A DNA stretch of 64,000 bases from an uncultured Desulfobacteraceae bacterium (GTDB taxonomy: Bacteria > Desulfobacterota > Desulfobacteria > Desulfobacterales > UBA11574): positions 7,266-71,265 of the forward strand of contig CAYPIW010000033.1 in the NCBI GenBank assembly GCA_964410925.1, read 5' to 3'. Both the position numbers and the translations under genes were made by a program. Below are positions 27,633 through 36,862 of this stretch, in pieces. The notes under the pieces are model-generated. The model saw only the letters and a program-made list of their open reading frames with translations. It was not told the origin of the DNA and did not search any database. Positions within the stretch are counted from its first letter, which is position 1; each line of letters begins with the position of its first letter.

Positions 27633-29390
27633 TTAGGATCCCCACAGGGCATCCTTAAGTCCTGAGGTTCGTTCGATTTTACGGGATATGGTTCTTTTTA
27701 ATACATCTTCTGTCGCCCAAATCGACACGGTTTTTCTGGTCCTTGTTATTCCCGTGTAGAGCAGTTCCCGTGTTAATACCGGATAATCACGGTCCGGCAG
27801 AATTAACAGAACATGATCAAACTCCGATCCCTGGCTCTTGTGAACAGTCATTGCATAAACCGTTTCATGTTCCGGCAGCCGGTAAGGAAGAAACCGCCTG
27901 AGTTCGCCGGATTCTCCTGAAAAATAAACATACAGATCCTTGCCGGTTGAACCCGGAGCCGTCAGGGTTATTCCCATGTCTCCGTTAAAAAGTTTCATGC
28001 GGTAATCGTTGCGGGTAATCAAAACCGGTCTGCCTTTGTACCAGGGATTGGACGACGATCTGTCCGGCGCGATCAGACCCTCACGGATTAATACCTGCTC
28101 CGCCAACCGGTTGACGGCATTAACTCCCATTGAGCCGATTTTTATGGCACATAATATTTTGAACCTATTAAAAAGTTCAAGGGCTCTGTACGGATCATCC
28201 GTATTAAGATAATCCGAATAGCCTTTGATAATGCTATGGGTTAGGAAAAGTGACAGATCATCCGGCCGTGAAATCTTTCTCCAGGATATTTGGTCGGATT
28301 TGTTTTTCATCAGGTACAAGACCTTATGGATTTCTCCCCGGTTTACCGTACGGCTGAGTTTTCCTATTCCGCTGTCGCCGGTAAACCGATAGTTTTTTTT
28401 CAACACAACCATACAGTCGTAAAGACCGGGGGACTTTTTATGTTCTTTAAGCGGAAGTTCAATTTTTTGTTGGGTGACCGCTTCAAACTTGTTGCAAAAA
28501 CATTCTGAAAATGAGTGAACATTCTCTCTGTCACAGACATCTCCCAATACAAAACCGGTCTCAACCGAAGAAAGCTGGTCTTTGTCTCCGATCAATATGA
28601 TCCTGGCATCAAAAGGAACCGCCCAAAGGAGTTTTGACATCAATGCAAGATCTACCATTGAGGCTTCATCCACCACCACCACATCCGCATTAAGAGGGGT
28701 TTCATGGTTGTGTTGAAAATACGGGGAACCCGGGATGGTTTTGAGCATTCTGTGTATGGTATATGCTTCGGAAGGAATCGCCTCGATAATATCCCAAGGG
28801 CTGTTTAGCGTTTTCTTTGCATCATTCATTGATTCGGCAATCCGGGATGCAGCCTTTCCCGTGGGAGCGGCAAGCAAGATGTTAAGCTTCTCTTTTCCGT
28901 ACAACTCCAAAAGCAGCGCAAGGATCTTTGCCACGGTGAAGGTCTTCCCGGTTCCCGGCCCACCGGAGATAATACAAATTCTTTTAATGGCCGCAATGTA
29001 TGCCGCGACCATCTGCCAGTTAAACTCATGCTCTTCATTTTGCCGGAAAAGCCTCTTTAAACTTTCTTTTAAACGGGTGATATCCAAATCGCAGAAATCT
29101 TCTCCGGGCCATCCTACTACCGGGCTTTGCCTGATTTTTTGCATCCAGCCGGAAAGGTTCGGCCATTTGACAGTCCCCTCCTGTTCCAGACCCATAAAAA
29201 CCGATCTTTGGGCCATGGAAGCGAGGTCAAAATATACATCTCCATTGCCGGTGGCATTGCTGGCGAGGGCGGCGGCCAGGAAAATATCCGGATCATCATT
29301 TTTGCCGAGACCGGTGATGAACTTAGCAAAATGGATATCTATATCTGTCAAATATCCCATTTGATATAAATATGTTATGTGTTTTTCCAT
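27633..29390 (-). CDS. recD: Exodeoxyribonuclease V alpha subunit
   Basis: ISGGPGTGKTFTV, VVVDEASMVD, LIGDKDQLSSVE, YAMTVHKSQGSEF. Confidence 0.93.
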   Translation of the reverse strand: MEKHITYLYQMGYLTDIDIHFAKFITGLGKNDDPDIFLAAALASNATGNGDVYFDLASMAQRSVFMGLEQEGTVKWPNLSGWMQKIRQSPVVGWPGEDFCDLDITRLKESLKRLFRQNEEHEFNWQMVAAYIAAIKRICIISGGPGTGKTFTVAKILALLLELYGKEKLNILLAAPTGKAASRIAESMNDAKKTLNSPWDIIEAIPSEAYTIHRMLKTIPGSPYFQHNHETPLNADVVVVDEASMVDLALMSKLLWAVPFDARIILIGDKDQLSSVETGFVLGDVCDRENVHSFSECFCNKFEAVTQQKIELPLKEHKKSPGLYDCMVVLKKNYRFTGDSGIGKLSRTVNRGEIHKVLYLMKNKSDQISWRKISRPDDLSLFLTHSIIKGYSDYLNTDDPYRALELFNRFKILCAIKIGSMGVNAVNRLAEQVLIREGLIAPDRSSSNPWYKGRPVLITRNDYRMKLFNGDMGITLTAPGSTGKDLYVYFSGESGELRRFLPYRLPEHETVYAMTVHKSQGSEFDHVLLILPDRDYPVLTRELLYTGITRTRKTVSIWATEDVLKRTISRKIERTSGLKDALWGS

Positions 29391-29469
29391 AATTCATAAC
29401 ATTAAGATTTATAACAACGGTAACCGTTCAAGTCTAACGCACAAAAGAAGTTTTTTTCTAAGGTCTCCC

Positions 29470-29582
29470 GGGTGTAAATCAAGACTGTTGTCTGCTAAAG
29501 ATTGCCATGGCTACCTGATATCGAAGCCACGGTTTGTCAATGGCCAAGGATCAGCGGTTACCAGCGGCCTTGATTTACACCC
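29470..29582. mobile_element. MITE family B, copy 2, inserted in the 3' end of recB
   Basis: TIR gggtgtaaatcaag / cttgatttacaccc. 8-bp direct repeat GGTCTCCC at 29462-29469 and 29584-29591. The recB stop codon (29558-29560) lies inside the element. Confidence 0.65.
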
Positions 29583-32500
29583 GGGTCTCCCCCCGGAATA
29601 AGTGCCCTGGCCAGTGCATGAATAAGATCCGGACTGGGATAATCCTTGTAAATTCCGAATTCCGGTCCATAATCAGGATCCACCCCCCTTAAAAAAACAT
29701 AAAATACACCTCCAAAATCTTTTTCATAATCAAAACCCGGTAACCGAACCCAAAGATACTGATAAAGCGCAAGGGTATACAGATGATACTGGAGGATATA
29801 AAAATCATTACTCATCACGGTGTTCAATGCATCTCTCGAATAATCCTGCACGCGGGTTCCCAATAGATTCGACTTCCAGTCCACCAGGTAGTAACGCCCC
29901 TTTTCATGAAAGATCATGTCGATATATCCTTTCATGAACCCCTTTGTAAAAGGAAAAGTCAGCTTTCCAATCCGGTCCGGAAAATTGCCGGGAAATTGAA
30001 TGGTTCCATGATCGGAAAATATTTTTTTCAGTTGTTGCGGGGTAAAGGGATTCAACGGATAATAAAATTCCATCTCATTGATCCGATCGTTAAACGAGAC
30101 CGAAGAAAGCGTCAGAGATTCTGTTCTTATTTCGAGCGGTATGGATAGGACCCTGGTTATCATGCGGCATACCACATCCCGCCATTTTGAATCGAACCCA
30201 TATGCCGTTAATTTGCTGGTTACCAGTGTCTCTTTATATCCGCAATTCGAAGCTGTAAAATCGAGATGCTCAAAAATATCATGAAAAAAAAGCCCGGGCC
30301 TTGCGCCTTTTGGAAAGGAGAAAATGTCCATGCGTTCAATACGCTCAAGACCGTTCTCCGTGGTATAACCATAGGACACATCACGATCGGGCACCGCTTC
30401 TTCCGGGACCCGCTGCGATACCATGGATGAATAACTTGAGATTTTCCAGGAGGTGTCTATTTTTCCCGAAAATTGCCGGGAGGAAATTTCTTCCGTTTCA
30501 TCTTCGAAAGACGCATATTCCATACCGTTATTCGCAGGCAGCGGAACAAGTACGATGCTTCCTTTGGATTTGTCCGCCAGCTGTTTTAAATCTTCCAGCA
30601 ATTCCTCATCTTTTTTCTCTGAACACCTTGATTTTAAAGAAGATACCAGATCCTCTATTTTAATGTCATCTTCGGGTGGCGGCCCATAGTGAAAAAGGTA
30701 GGCCATGGCAGAGGTATCCGCGGTGTTGAATCGTCCCCATACCAGGTAACACCTTTTTATGGCGCGGGTTACCGCCACGTAAAGCAGTCGCATGTTCTCT
30801 GCCAGGAGTTCATTTTGAGCAAAGGTGAGATGAATATCTTTTTCACTGGAACCCAGATCCAGTGTCAGTTTCTTGGTATCATGATCATGGAATGCGATCT
30901 CCGGGGCTTTGATGAGTGATCCTCCCCATGAGAAGGGACAGAATACCACCGGAAATTCCAGCCCTTTGCTTTTGTGCAGTGTTATAATTTTTACGGCATG
31001 TTCATCGCTTTCAAGACGAAGCTGATGAATCTCGGATTCCGGAACAGGCGTGTTGATCTGTTCGGACATCCACTTCATTAACCCGGTGATCCCGGTTTGT
31101 TTTTCAACTGACTCCTGGTGGAGTATTTTGGCCAGATGAAGAAGGTTGGTCAGTCTTCTTTCCCCGTCCGAAAATGCCAAAAGCCGTTCTCTTATTTTCT
31201 CTTTTGACATGAAGTTCCGAAACATTCTGATAAAACCGTATCGGATCCACAGCCGAAAATACTCCATGAAGTTACTGACCCGGGGTTCCCACCCAAACGG
31301 CTGACTGTCTGCGGAATCGATTTTATGTCCGGAAACCCCCAGTATATCGGTCACAAGGGCGGTTTTGAACCGCCGCTCACTGCCAGGTTCGGAAATGCTC
31401 CAAAGAATCCTTTCCATGTCCCGGGCTTCGCAGGTATGAAAAATGTTCCCGGTATCATAGAGAACCGAGGGAATTCGTTTTAATAACAAACTGTTTTTAA
31501 TGATCTGAGCCTGCCGGTTCGTCCGAACAAGAACAGCGATATCCCCGGCGCTAATCCCGTCGGATTCATCACGGGACCAGCTCTTCGGACCCGGAGAAAT
31601 CAGGCGGGAAATTTCGTCCGTAACCGCCGTTGCAATCAGCGGCACGGCTTGGGTTTTGTTCAGAAGTTTTGACGTGTCCGTGTTTCTGCCCGATTCCCAA
31701 TACCACACTATAAGGGGGGAGGAGGATTTGTCATCCATGGATTGGATTTCTTCTCCGGGAATTCCTTTTTCAAACCCGATCTGCTCGAAAACAAACGGCG
31801 ATGGGACATTTGAAAATATGGTATTTACGGCTCTAATCAAACCGGCGTTCGACCGCCAGTTTTCTATCAAAGTATATTTTGAATTCGCATCGCCGGCAGC
31901 CGTCAGGTACGAAAAAATATCGGCCCCCCTGAAACTGTATATGGCCTGCTTGGGATCGCCGATCATAAACAGAACACTTCGTTTAGAATCAAAGAGCCTG
32001 CGAAATATTTCATACTGAACAGAATCGGTATCTTGAAATTCATCCACAAGGGCTGCTTTATATTGCCGGCGTATGGCTGATGCCAACTCATTGCCGCCGG
32101 TATCTTGGAGTGCTTTTTTCATTCTTATCAAAAGATCGTCAAAAAATTGTATGTTGCTCTTTTCTTTTATGACAGGGAGTTGTTCCCGGGCATAGCTGAA
32201 AAACAAGGTCTTCAAATATAAAAGGCAACGCTCCATTTCCGCTTCAAGGGAAAGCCCTTTTTCATAGAGTTCGTCACATATATTAAAAACATCGTGAAAC
32301 GGGGGAGTATGATTTTTTCTGGTGGACGCTGCAAGTTTGGTTGCAGTAAATTTCTCAAAATCTTTCACCACCGGGAACCCCATTGATTTTGAATCAACGA
32401 ATCTATCCATGGTTCGAGTCATGGACAAAACCTTCAGGTCCCTTTTGGAAAAACCCGTGTGGTTTGTTTCTGTCTTGGTGCTTCCGTAAACCGTACCGCT

Positions 32501-33211
32501 TAAACACGGATTTTTTAATAACGGTATGACCTGTTCCTTTGACAGGTTCCAGGCGATTTTAAGCCTTTTGAAAATATTTCTAAACTCATCAAGGATCTCC
32601 AAGTCAGGGGATTCGAGTTCCGGAATAATCCTCATATCCGGCGCATTATTTTTTGCCAAAAGCGCTAAAAAATATTCCGGACCGGATATCTTTTTGCTGG
32701 CATAGCTTATAAATTCCCGGGGCATATTGTAAAAATAGGTCCTCCAGAAGTCATCCACGATTTCCCTGGCCATATCGGCCTGATCGGTAACCAGTTCCGT
32801 ATCAAACAGACTTTGGGTTTCAAACGCATGCTTATTCAGCACCCTGTGGCAAAACCCGTGTATGGTAAAAATAGCGGCATTGTCAAAATCAATAAGGGCG
32901 TCTTGAATCAACCGAACGGCCAGAGCCGTATTCTCATATTTTTTAACAAGCCTGTTAATCAGATCGTTTTCGCTCGATCCCTTTGAGAATGCGGATTTCG
33001 CCTTCAAAAGCGTATTGCGGATCCGGTCTTTAAGCTCTTGGGTGGCAGCCTGGGTAAAGGTTACGACCAGAATCTGATCGGTGGTAAGGTGTTCTTCGAC
33101 AACCAGCCTTAAATAGATTCCTGCAATTGCGTAGGTCTTGCCGGTACCCGCACTTGCTTCAATAAGGTTGGTTCCCATAAGAGGGGTATTGATGGGATCA
33201 AAGATTTTCAC
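29558..33211 (-). CDS. recB: Exodeoxyribonuclease V beta subunit (UvrD-type helicase plus PD-(D/E)XK nuclease)
   Basis: IEASAGTGKTY, LVDEFQDTD, a UvrD_C region, and nuclease motif GYIDMIFHEKGRYYLVDWKSN. The last 8 codons (PGVNQGRW) are encoded by the MITE. Confidence 0.93.
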   Translation of the reverse strand: MKIFDPINTPLMGTNLIEASAGTGKTYAIAGIYLRLVVEEHLTTDQILVVTFTQAATQELKDRIRNTLLKAKSAFSKGSSENDLINRLVKKYENTALAVRLIQDALIDFDNAAIFTIHGFCHRVLNKHAFETQSLFDTELVTDQADMAREIVDDFWRTYFYNMPREFISYASKKISGPEYFLALLAKNNAPDMRIIPELESPDLEILDEFRNIFKRLKIAWNLSKEQVIPLLKNPCLSGTVYGSTKTETNHTGFSKRDLKVLSMTRTMDRFVDSKSMGFPVVKDFEKFTATKLAASTRKNHTPPFHDVFNICDELYEKGLSLEAEMERCLLYLKTLFFSYAREQLPVIKEKSNIQFFDDLLIRMKKALQDTGGNELASAIRRQYKAALVDEFQDTDSVQYEIFRRLFDSKRSVLFMIGDPKQAIYSFRGADIFSYLTAAGDANSKYTLIENWRSNAGLIRAVNTIFSNVPSPFVFEQIGFEKGIPGEEIQSMDDKSSSPLIVWYWESGRNTDTSKLLNKTQAVPLIATAVTDEISRLISPGPKSWSRDESDGISAGDIAVLVRTNRQAQIIKNSLLLKRIPSVLYDTGNIFHTCEARDMERILWSISEPGSERRFKTALVTDILGVSGHKIDSADSQPFGWEPRVSNFMEYFRLWIRYGFIRMFRNFMSKEKIRERLLAFSDGERRLTNLLHLAKILHQESVEKQTGITGLMKWMSEQINTPVPESEIHQLRLESDEHAVKIITLHKSKGLEFPVVFCPFSWGGSLIKAPEIAFHDHDTKKLTLDLGSSEKDIHLTFAQNELLAENMRLLYVAVTRAIKRCYLVWGRFNTADTSAMAYLFHYGPPPEDDIKIEDLVSSLKSRCSEKKDEELLEDLKQLADKSKGSIVLVPLPANNGMEYASFEDETEEISSRQFSGKIDTSWKISSYSSMVSQRVPEEAVPDRDVSYGYTTENGLERIERMDIFSFPKGARPGLFFHDIFEHLDFTASNCGYKETLVTSKLTAYGFDSKWRDVVCRMITRVLSIPLEIRTESLTLSSVSFNDRINEMEFYYPLNPFTPQQLKKIFSDHGTIQFPGNFPDRIGKLTFPFTKGFMKGYIDMIFHEKGRYYLVDWKSNLLGTRVQDYSRDALNTVMSNDFYILQYHLYTLALYQYLWVRLPGFDYEKDFGGVFYVFLRGVDPDYGPEFGIYKDYPSPDLIHALARALIPGGDPGVNQGRW

Positions 33212-33276
33212 TAAATATCTACTATAATTTCATTGGGTTATAAAATTTCCGGGAAGTTTGACTTGCAAATACCGTT

Positions 33277-34629
33277 TTAGAAATCATGGATGCCCGTATA
33301 ATTTTGAGGAGTTATTTGTTTTAATTCTTTTTTAACGGTTTGATCGACAGACAGGCTATCTATAAATTCAACCATCGCCTTCTGGTCGATGCGCAAATGG
33401 GTCCGCGTGAATTCCTTGAGAGTTTCATACGGTTCCGGATACCCTTCCCTGCGCAATACGGTCTGGATGGCTTCACTGACCACCGCCCAATTATCCTGCA
33501 GATCGGCATGAATGGCCTCGGAATTTAAAATCAATTTGTCCAGTCCTTTTAAAAGGGATTTAAAAGCAATGAGCGTATGGGCAAACGGCACCCCGATATT
33601 TCTGGCAACCGTGGAATCGGTCAAATCCCTCTGAAGTCTGGAAACGGGGAGCTTGGCGGAAAGATGTTCAAAAACTGCATTGGCCACCCCCAGGTTGCCT
33701 TCTGAGTTCTCAAAGTCAATGGGATTGACTTTATGCGGCATGGCCGAAGATCCTACTTCGCTGTCCTTTATCTTTTGTTTGAAATAATTCATGGAGATAT
33801 ACAGCCATATATCCCTGTTCAGATCGATGAGAATGGTATTGATCCGTTTAAGGGTGTCACAAAATGCTGCCAGATTATCATAATGTTCGATCTGGGTGGT
33901 AACCTTTGATCGATCAAGACCTAACACCTGGTTTATGAGATGATCTGCGAACCCTGTCCAGTCGATTTCAGGATACGCCACATAATGTGCATTGAAGTTA
34001 CCGGTTGCCCCGCCGAATTTGGCGGAATACGGGATGGTTTCCAAAAGGTTTTTCTGCTTTTTTAGCCGCTCCACAAACACAAAAATTTCTTTGCCCAGGC
34101 TTGTGGGCGATGCTGGCTGGCCGTGGGTTCTTGCCAGCATGGGGATTTCTTTCCATTGATTGGCGTATTCATGCAAGGTGTCAACAATCTCATCTAAAAC
34201 CGGTTCCAAAACATCGACCCATGCACGTTTTAATGAACTGGGCATGGCAGTGTTGTTAATATCCTGGGAAGTTAAGCCAAAATGGATAAACTCCTTGAAG
34301 TAATACAACCCCAGATTATCAAATTTTTCCTTGAGGAAATATTCAACCGCCTTGACGTCATGATTGGTAACCGCCTCGATATCTTTAACTCTGCGAGCAT
34401 CATCATTGGAAAAGTTCTTATAAATACTTCTTAGTGCTTCAAATATATGCCTGTTAATATCCGCCAATTGAGGAAGCGGCAAATTGCATAATGCAATAAA
34501 ATATTCCACCTCCACCATCACCCGATATTTTATCAATGCGCCTTCGGAAAAATAATCGGCGAGCTTATCGGTAAGTTTGTGATAACGTCCGTCAATAGGA
34601 GAAATAGCAGTTAAAGATGAAAGTTCCAT
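33277..34629 (-). CDS. purB: Adenylosuccinate lyase
   Basis: Collinear with E. coli PurB from MELSSLTAISPIDGRY through SSAMPHKVNPIDFENSEGNLG. Confidence 0.97.
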   Translation of the reverse strand: MELSSLTAISPIDGRYHKLTDKLADYFSEGALIKYRVMVEVEYFIALCNLPLPQLADINRHIFEALRSIYKNFSNDDARRVKDIEAVTNHDVKAVEYFLKEKFDNLGLYYFKEFIHFGLTSQDINNTAMPSSLKRAWVDVLEPVLDEIVDTLHEYANQWKEIPMLARTHGQPASPTSLGKEIFVFVERLKKQKNLLETIPYSAKFGGATGNFNAHYVAYPEIDWTGFADHLINQVLGLDRSKVTTQIEHYDNLAAFCDTLKRINTILIDLNRDIWLYISMNYFKQKIKDSEVGSSAMPHKVNPIDFENSEGNLGVANAVFEHLSAKLPVSRLQRDLTDSTVARNIGVPFAHTLIAFKSLLKGLDKLILNSEAIHADLQDNWAVVSEAIQTVLRREGYPEPYETLKEFTRTHLRIDQKAMVEFIDSLSVDQTVKKELKQITPQNYTGIHDF

Positions 34630-34653
34630 GGGGGTTTTGTCTCCGATTTAAAT

Positions 34654-34800
34654 ATGATGGTATCGTAAAAAGTCAAAAAATACCGTTTTCTCTCCGAGCC
34701 GGAGGCCGTCATTCCGGTGAAGCTTGTCCTCGACCTGATCGGGGAGCCGGAATCCAGTCTTTTCAAGCAGTCCCTTGTAGAGACCTTTGCGGAACGGTTT
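34654..34800. repeat. Dispersed repeat family C
   Basis: cgtaaaaagtcaaaaaataccgttttctctccgagccggaggccgt is repeated at 55081-55126, with related sequence at 53218-53350. It gives rise to spurious ORFs such as 34617..34835. Confidence 0.5.
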
Positions 34801-35185
34801 TGGTTGTCTTTTGTATATTGTGTACCGGTCAGTAATTGTACATATACATGTACTTTAATATGGGCCTTGTGTCAACAAAACCGGTTCGTCCCTTTTGATT
34901 GGAAAATATGATCAAAATAAAGAATGGTTCCCTCAGGGCTGCATGCCTCCTGACACCTGACATCTGAAACCTGAAAAAAGGGGTTGCATTTAGGAAAATA
35001 ATATCTTAAAAATATATAGAGTCATGACGAGATCATCTCTTTCGAAGTTGACAACAATATGAGGTTATTCTCCCCGGATAAGATTGTCACTGCTAATGAT
35101 AGTAAAATTCTTGACCCTGGCAATGTATTGCCAAAGTATTTATGGACAGTCAAAATATTTTCAACTCAACCAAGGAGGTAAATTT

Positions 35186-35413
35186 ATGAAGTATATCAAA
35201 TTGTTATTGGGTATCGTCTGCCTGTTCGCTTTTCTTGCATGTGGACAGAGCGAAAAAGCTGAACAGTCAACCGAAAGTGACGTCAAGCAACCTGTTGAGA
35301 TGGTAAAAGAAACGGCCGAAGAGGCTGCCGGGGCTGCGGCAGAAGAAACTGAAGCGGCCGCTGAGATGGTAAAAGAAACAGCCGAAGAGGCTGCTGAAAC
35401 GGTGAAAGAATAA
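35186..35413 (+). CDS. Small lipoprotein with a tandem EMVKETAEEAA repeat
   Basis: RBS GGAGG, signal peptide with lipobox FLAC, and two copies of EMVKETAEEAA. Confidence 0.6.
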   Translation: MKYIKLLLGIVCLFAFLACGQSEKAEQSTESDVKQPVEMVKETAEEAAGAAAEETEAAAEMVKETAEEAAETVKE

Positions 35414-35467
35414 TAAAAGTGAGGAATTTTTTTATAAGGTAATAGAGAAATGTAGTAACATCATGTG

Positions 35468-35518
35468 GGTTATGAAGATGGGTTTCGGTAGCGATCTTTT
35501 TTTCCCATCTTCATAACC
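35468..35518 (+). terminator. 15-bp stem hairpin downstream of the lipoprotein gene (possible terminator, no clear T-run)
   Basis: ggttatgaagatggg - 21-nt loop - cccatcttcataacc. Confidence 0.35.
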
Positions 35519-35587
35519 GCATGACTAAGGGCTCTAATTCATAACTGCGATAACGTATTTTTAATGGACACTGCCTCGTATAAGGTG

Positions 35588-35810
35588 AAGTCCAAAGTTT
35601 GAAGTTTGAAGTGCCTTAAGTGAGCTAAAGTTCTGGAGTCGCTTCGCTCTCTCCGAGCTGCAGGCTCTACCCTCTCTCCGAGCTGTAGGCTCTACGAGCC
35701 GGAAGCCGGTGATTTTATATAATTGGGTGATTTTATATAATTGACAGAATTCCTTAACCCTGAACGTTGAACCCTGAACGTTGAACCCTGAACCCTGAAC
35801 CCTGAACCTG
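35588..35810. repeat. Cluster of four different short tandem repeats
   Basis: AAGTTTGAAGT-type units; 2 x about 24 bp ctctctccgagctg(c/t)aggctctac (35647-35695); 2 x 17-18 bp ggtgattttatataatt (35708-35742); 2 x aaccctgaacgttg plus 3 x aaccctg (35756-35808). Confidence 0.85.
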
Positions 35811-35893
35811 TGAACGGTTACAGCTTTTATTCCTTCCTATTACAAAAATGCGCCATTCAACAGATTGTGATTTTCATGCCAGTCAATCATTCC

Positions 35894-36085
35894 AGGAGCA
35901 TTACCGATTTGCTAAAATGGTTTTCACACATTAACTTATTCATTTTTTGAGCGAAAGCCTTGCAATCAGGTTTCAGGTTTCAGGTGTCAGGTGTCAGGAG
36001 TAAGAAACGAATTAGCTGGCACCTGACACCTGACACCTGAAACCAAAAAGTCTTGGATAGGAATTAACAAACTGGTAATGCACCC
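35894..36085. mobile_element. MITE family A, copy with TSD ATCATTCC
   Basis: Ends aggagcattaccgat... and ...actggtaatgcaccc form an inverted repeat. A central GGTTTCAGG/GGTGTCAGG palindrome is present. 8-bp direct repeat ATCATTCC at 35886-35893 and 36086-36093. Confidence 0.65.
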
Positions 36086-36323
36086 ATCATTCCTGCTTTA
36101 ATGCCTGAATCATAATAAATCAGCATGTTACAGTTATTATCATTAACGATTTAGAATCTAAACTTTGAATTTTTCGAGCTTCATTTTTTAAGAAAGCAAT
36201 CTTAGCCGCTAGAGCATTCATTCAAAAATCAAAAAAATGGTATCATTTACTTTCAGCAAATAATGATTAATGTACAGTCTGGCAAGTATTCGTCAGGAAC
36301 CAATTTCAGGGAGGGGAAAAAAC

Positions 36324-36836
36324 ATGTATAACGAAGTTGTAATGGACCATTTCAGGAATCCTAGAAATGTAGGGGTTATCGAACACGCAGACGGCGTTGG
36401 AGAAGTTGGAAATCCCTTATGCGGAGATATGATGACCATCTATTTAAAAATTAAAAATGAGCAGATAGAGGATATCAAATTTCAAACCTTTGGATGTGGA
36501 TCGGCAATCGCAGTTTCCAGTATGCTAACGGAAATCGCCAAGGGAAAAAGCATTGACCAGGCCAAACAGATTACCAACAAAGATGTTGCCGATGCCCTGG
36601 AGGGTTTGCCTAAAAATAAGCTGCATTGTTCTAATTTAGGCGCCGATGCCCTCCAATTGGCCATAAAAGATTATGAAAATCGAAAAGCCGGGAAACCCCG
36701 GGCTGAACTCAAACGCAAAGAAGAACATGAACATATCCGGGGAGATCGGTGTTACTGTCCTTACTGTGATGTAGAGCTTGATGAAGGGACAGAATTCTGT
36801 GAGGCCTGTCAGCACAGTCTTGCCGAAGAACACTAA
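36324..36836 (+). CDS. iscU: IscU/NifU-N-type Fe-S scaffold with a C-terminal CxxC...CxxC zinc-ribbon extension
   Basis: Cluster ligands are present: GNPLCGDMM, FQTFGCGSAIAVSS, LHCSNLGADAL. Tail: CYCPYCDVELDEGTEFCEACQHS. RBS GGGAGGGG precedes the ATG at 36324. Confidence 0.9.
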   Translation: MYNEVVMDHFRNPRNVGVIEHADGVGEVGNPLCGDMMTIYLKIKNEQIEDIKFQTFGCGSAIAVSSMLTEIAKGKSIDQAKQITNKDVADALEGLPKNKLHCSNLGADALQLAIKDYENRKAGKPRAELKRKEEHEHIRGDRCYCPYCDVELDEGTEFCEACQHSLAEEH

Positions 36837-36862
36837 CTTGTATCTGAGAAAGGATTACGGCC

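Noticed and set aside
33212-33276. Absence of recC next to recB-recD considered as a possible anomaly
   Set aside because: Uncoupled recC is common; in E. coli it is separated from recB by ptrA. recC may lie elsewhere in the genome, which cannot be judged from this window.
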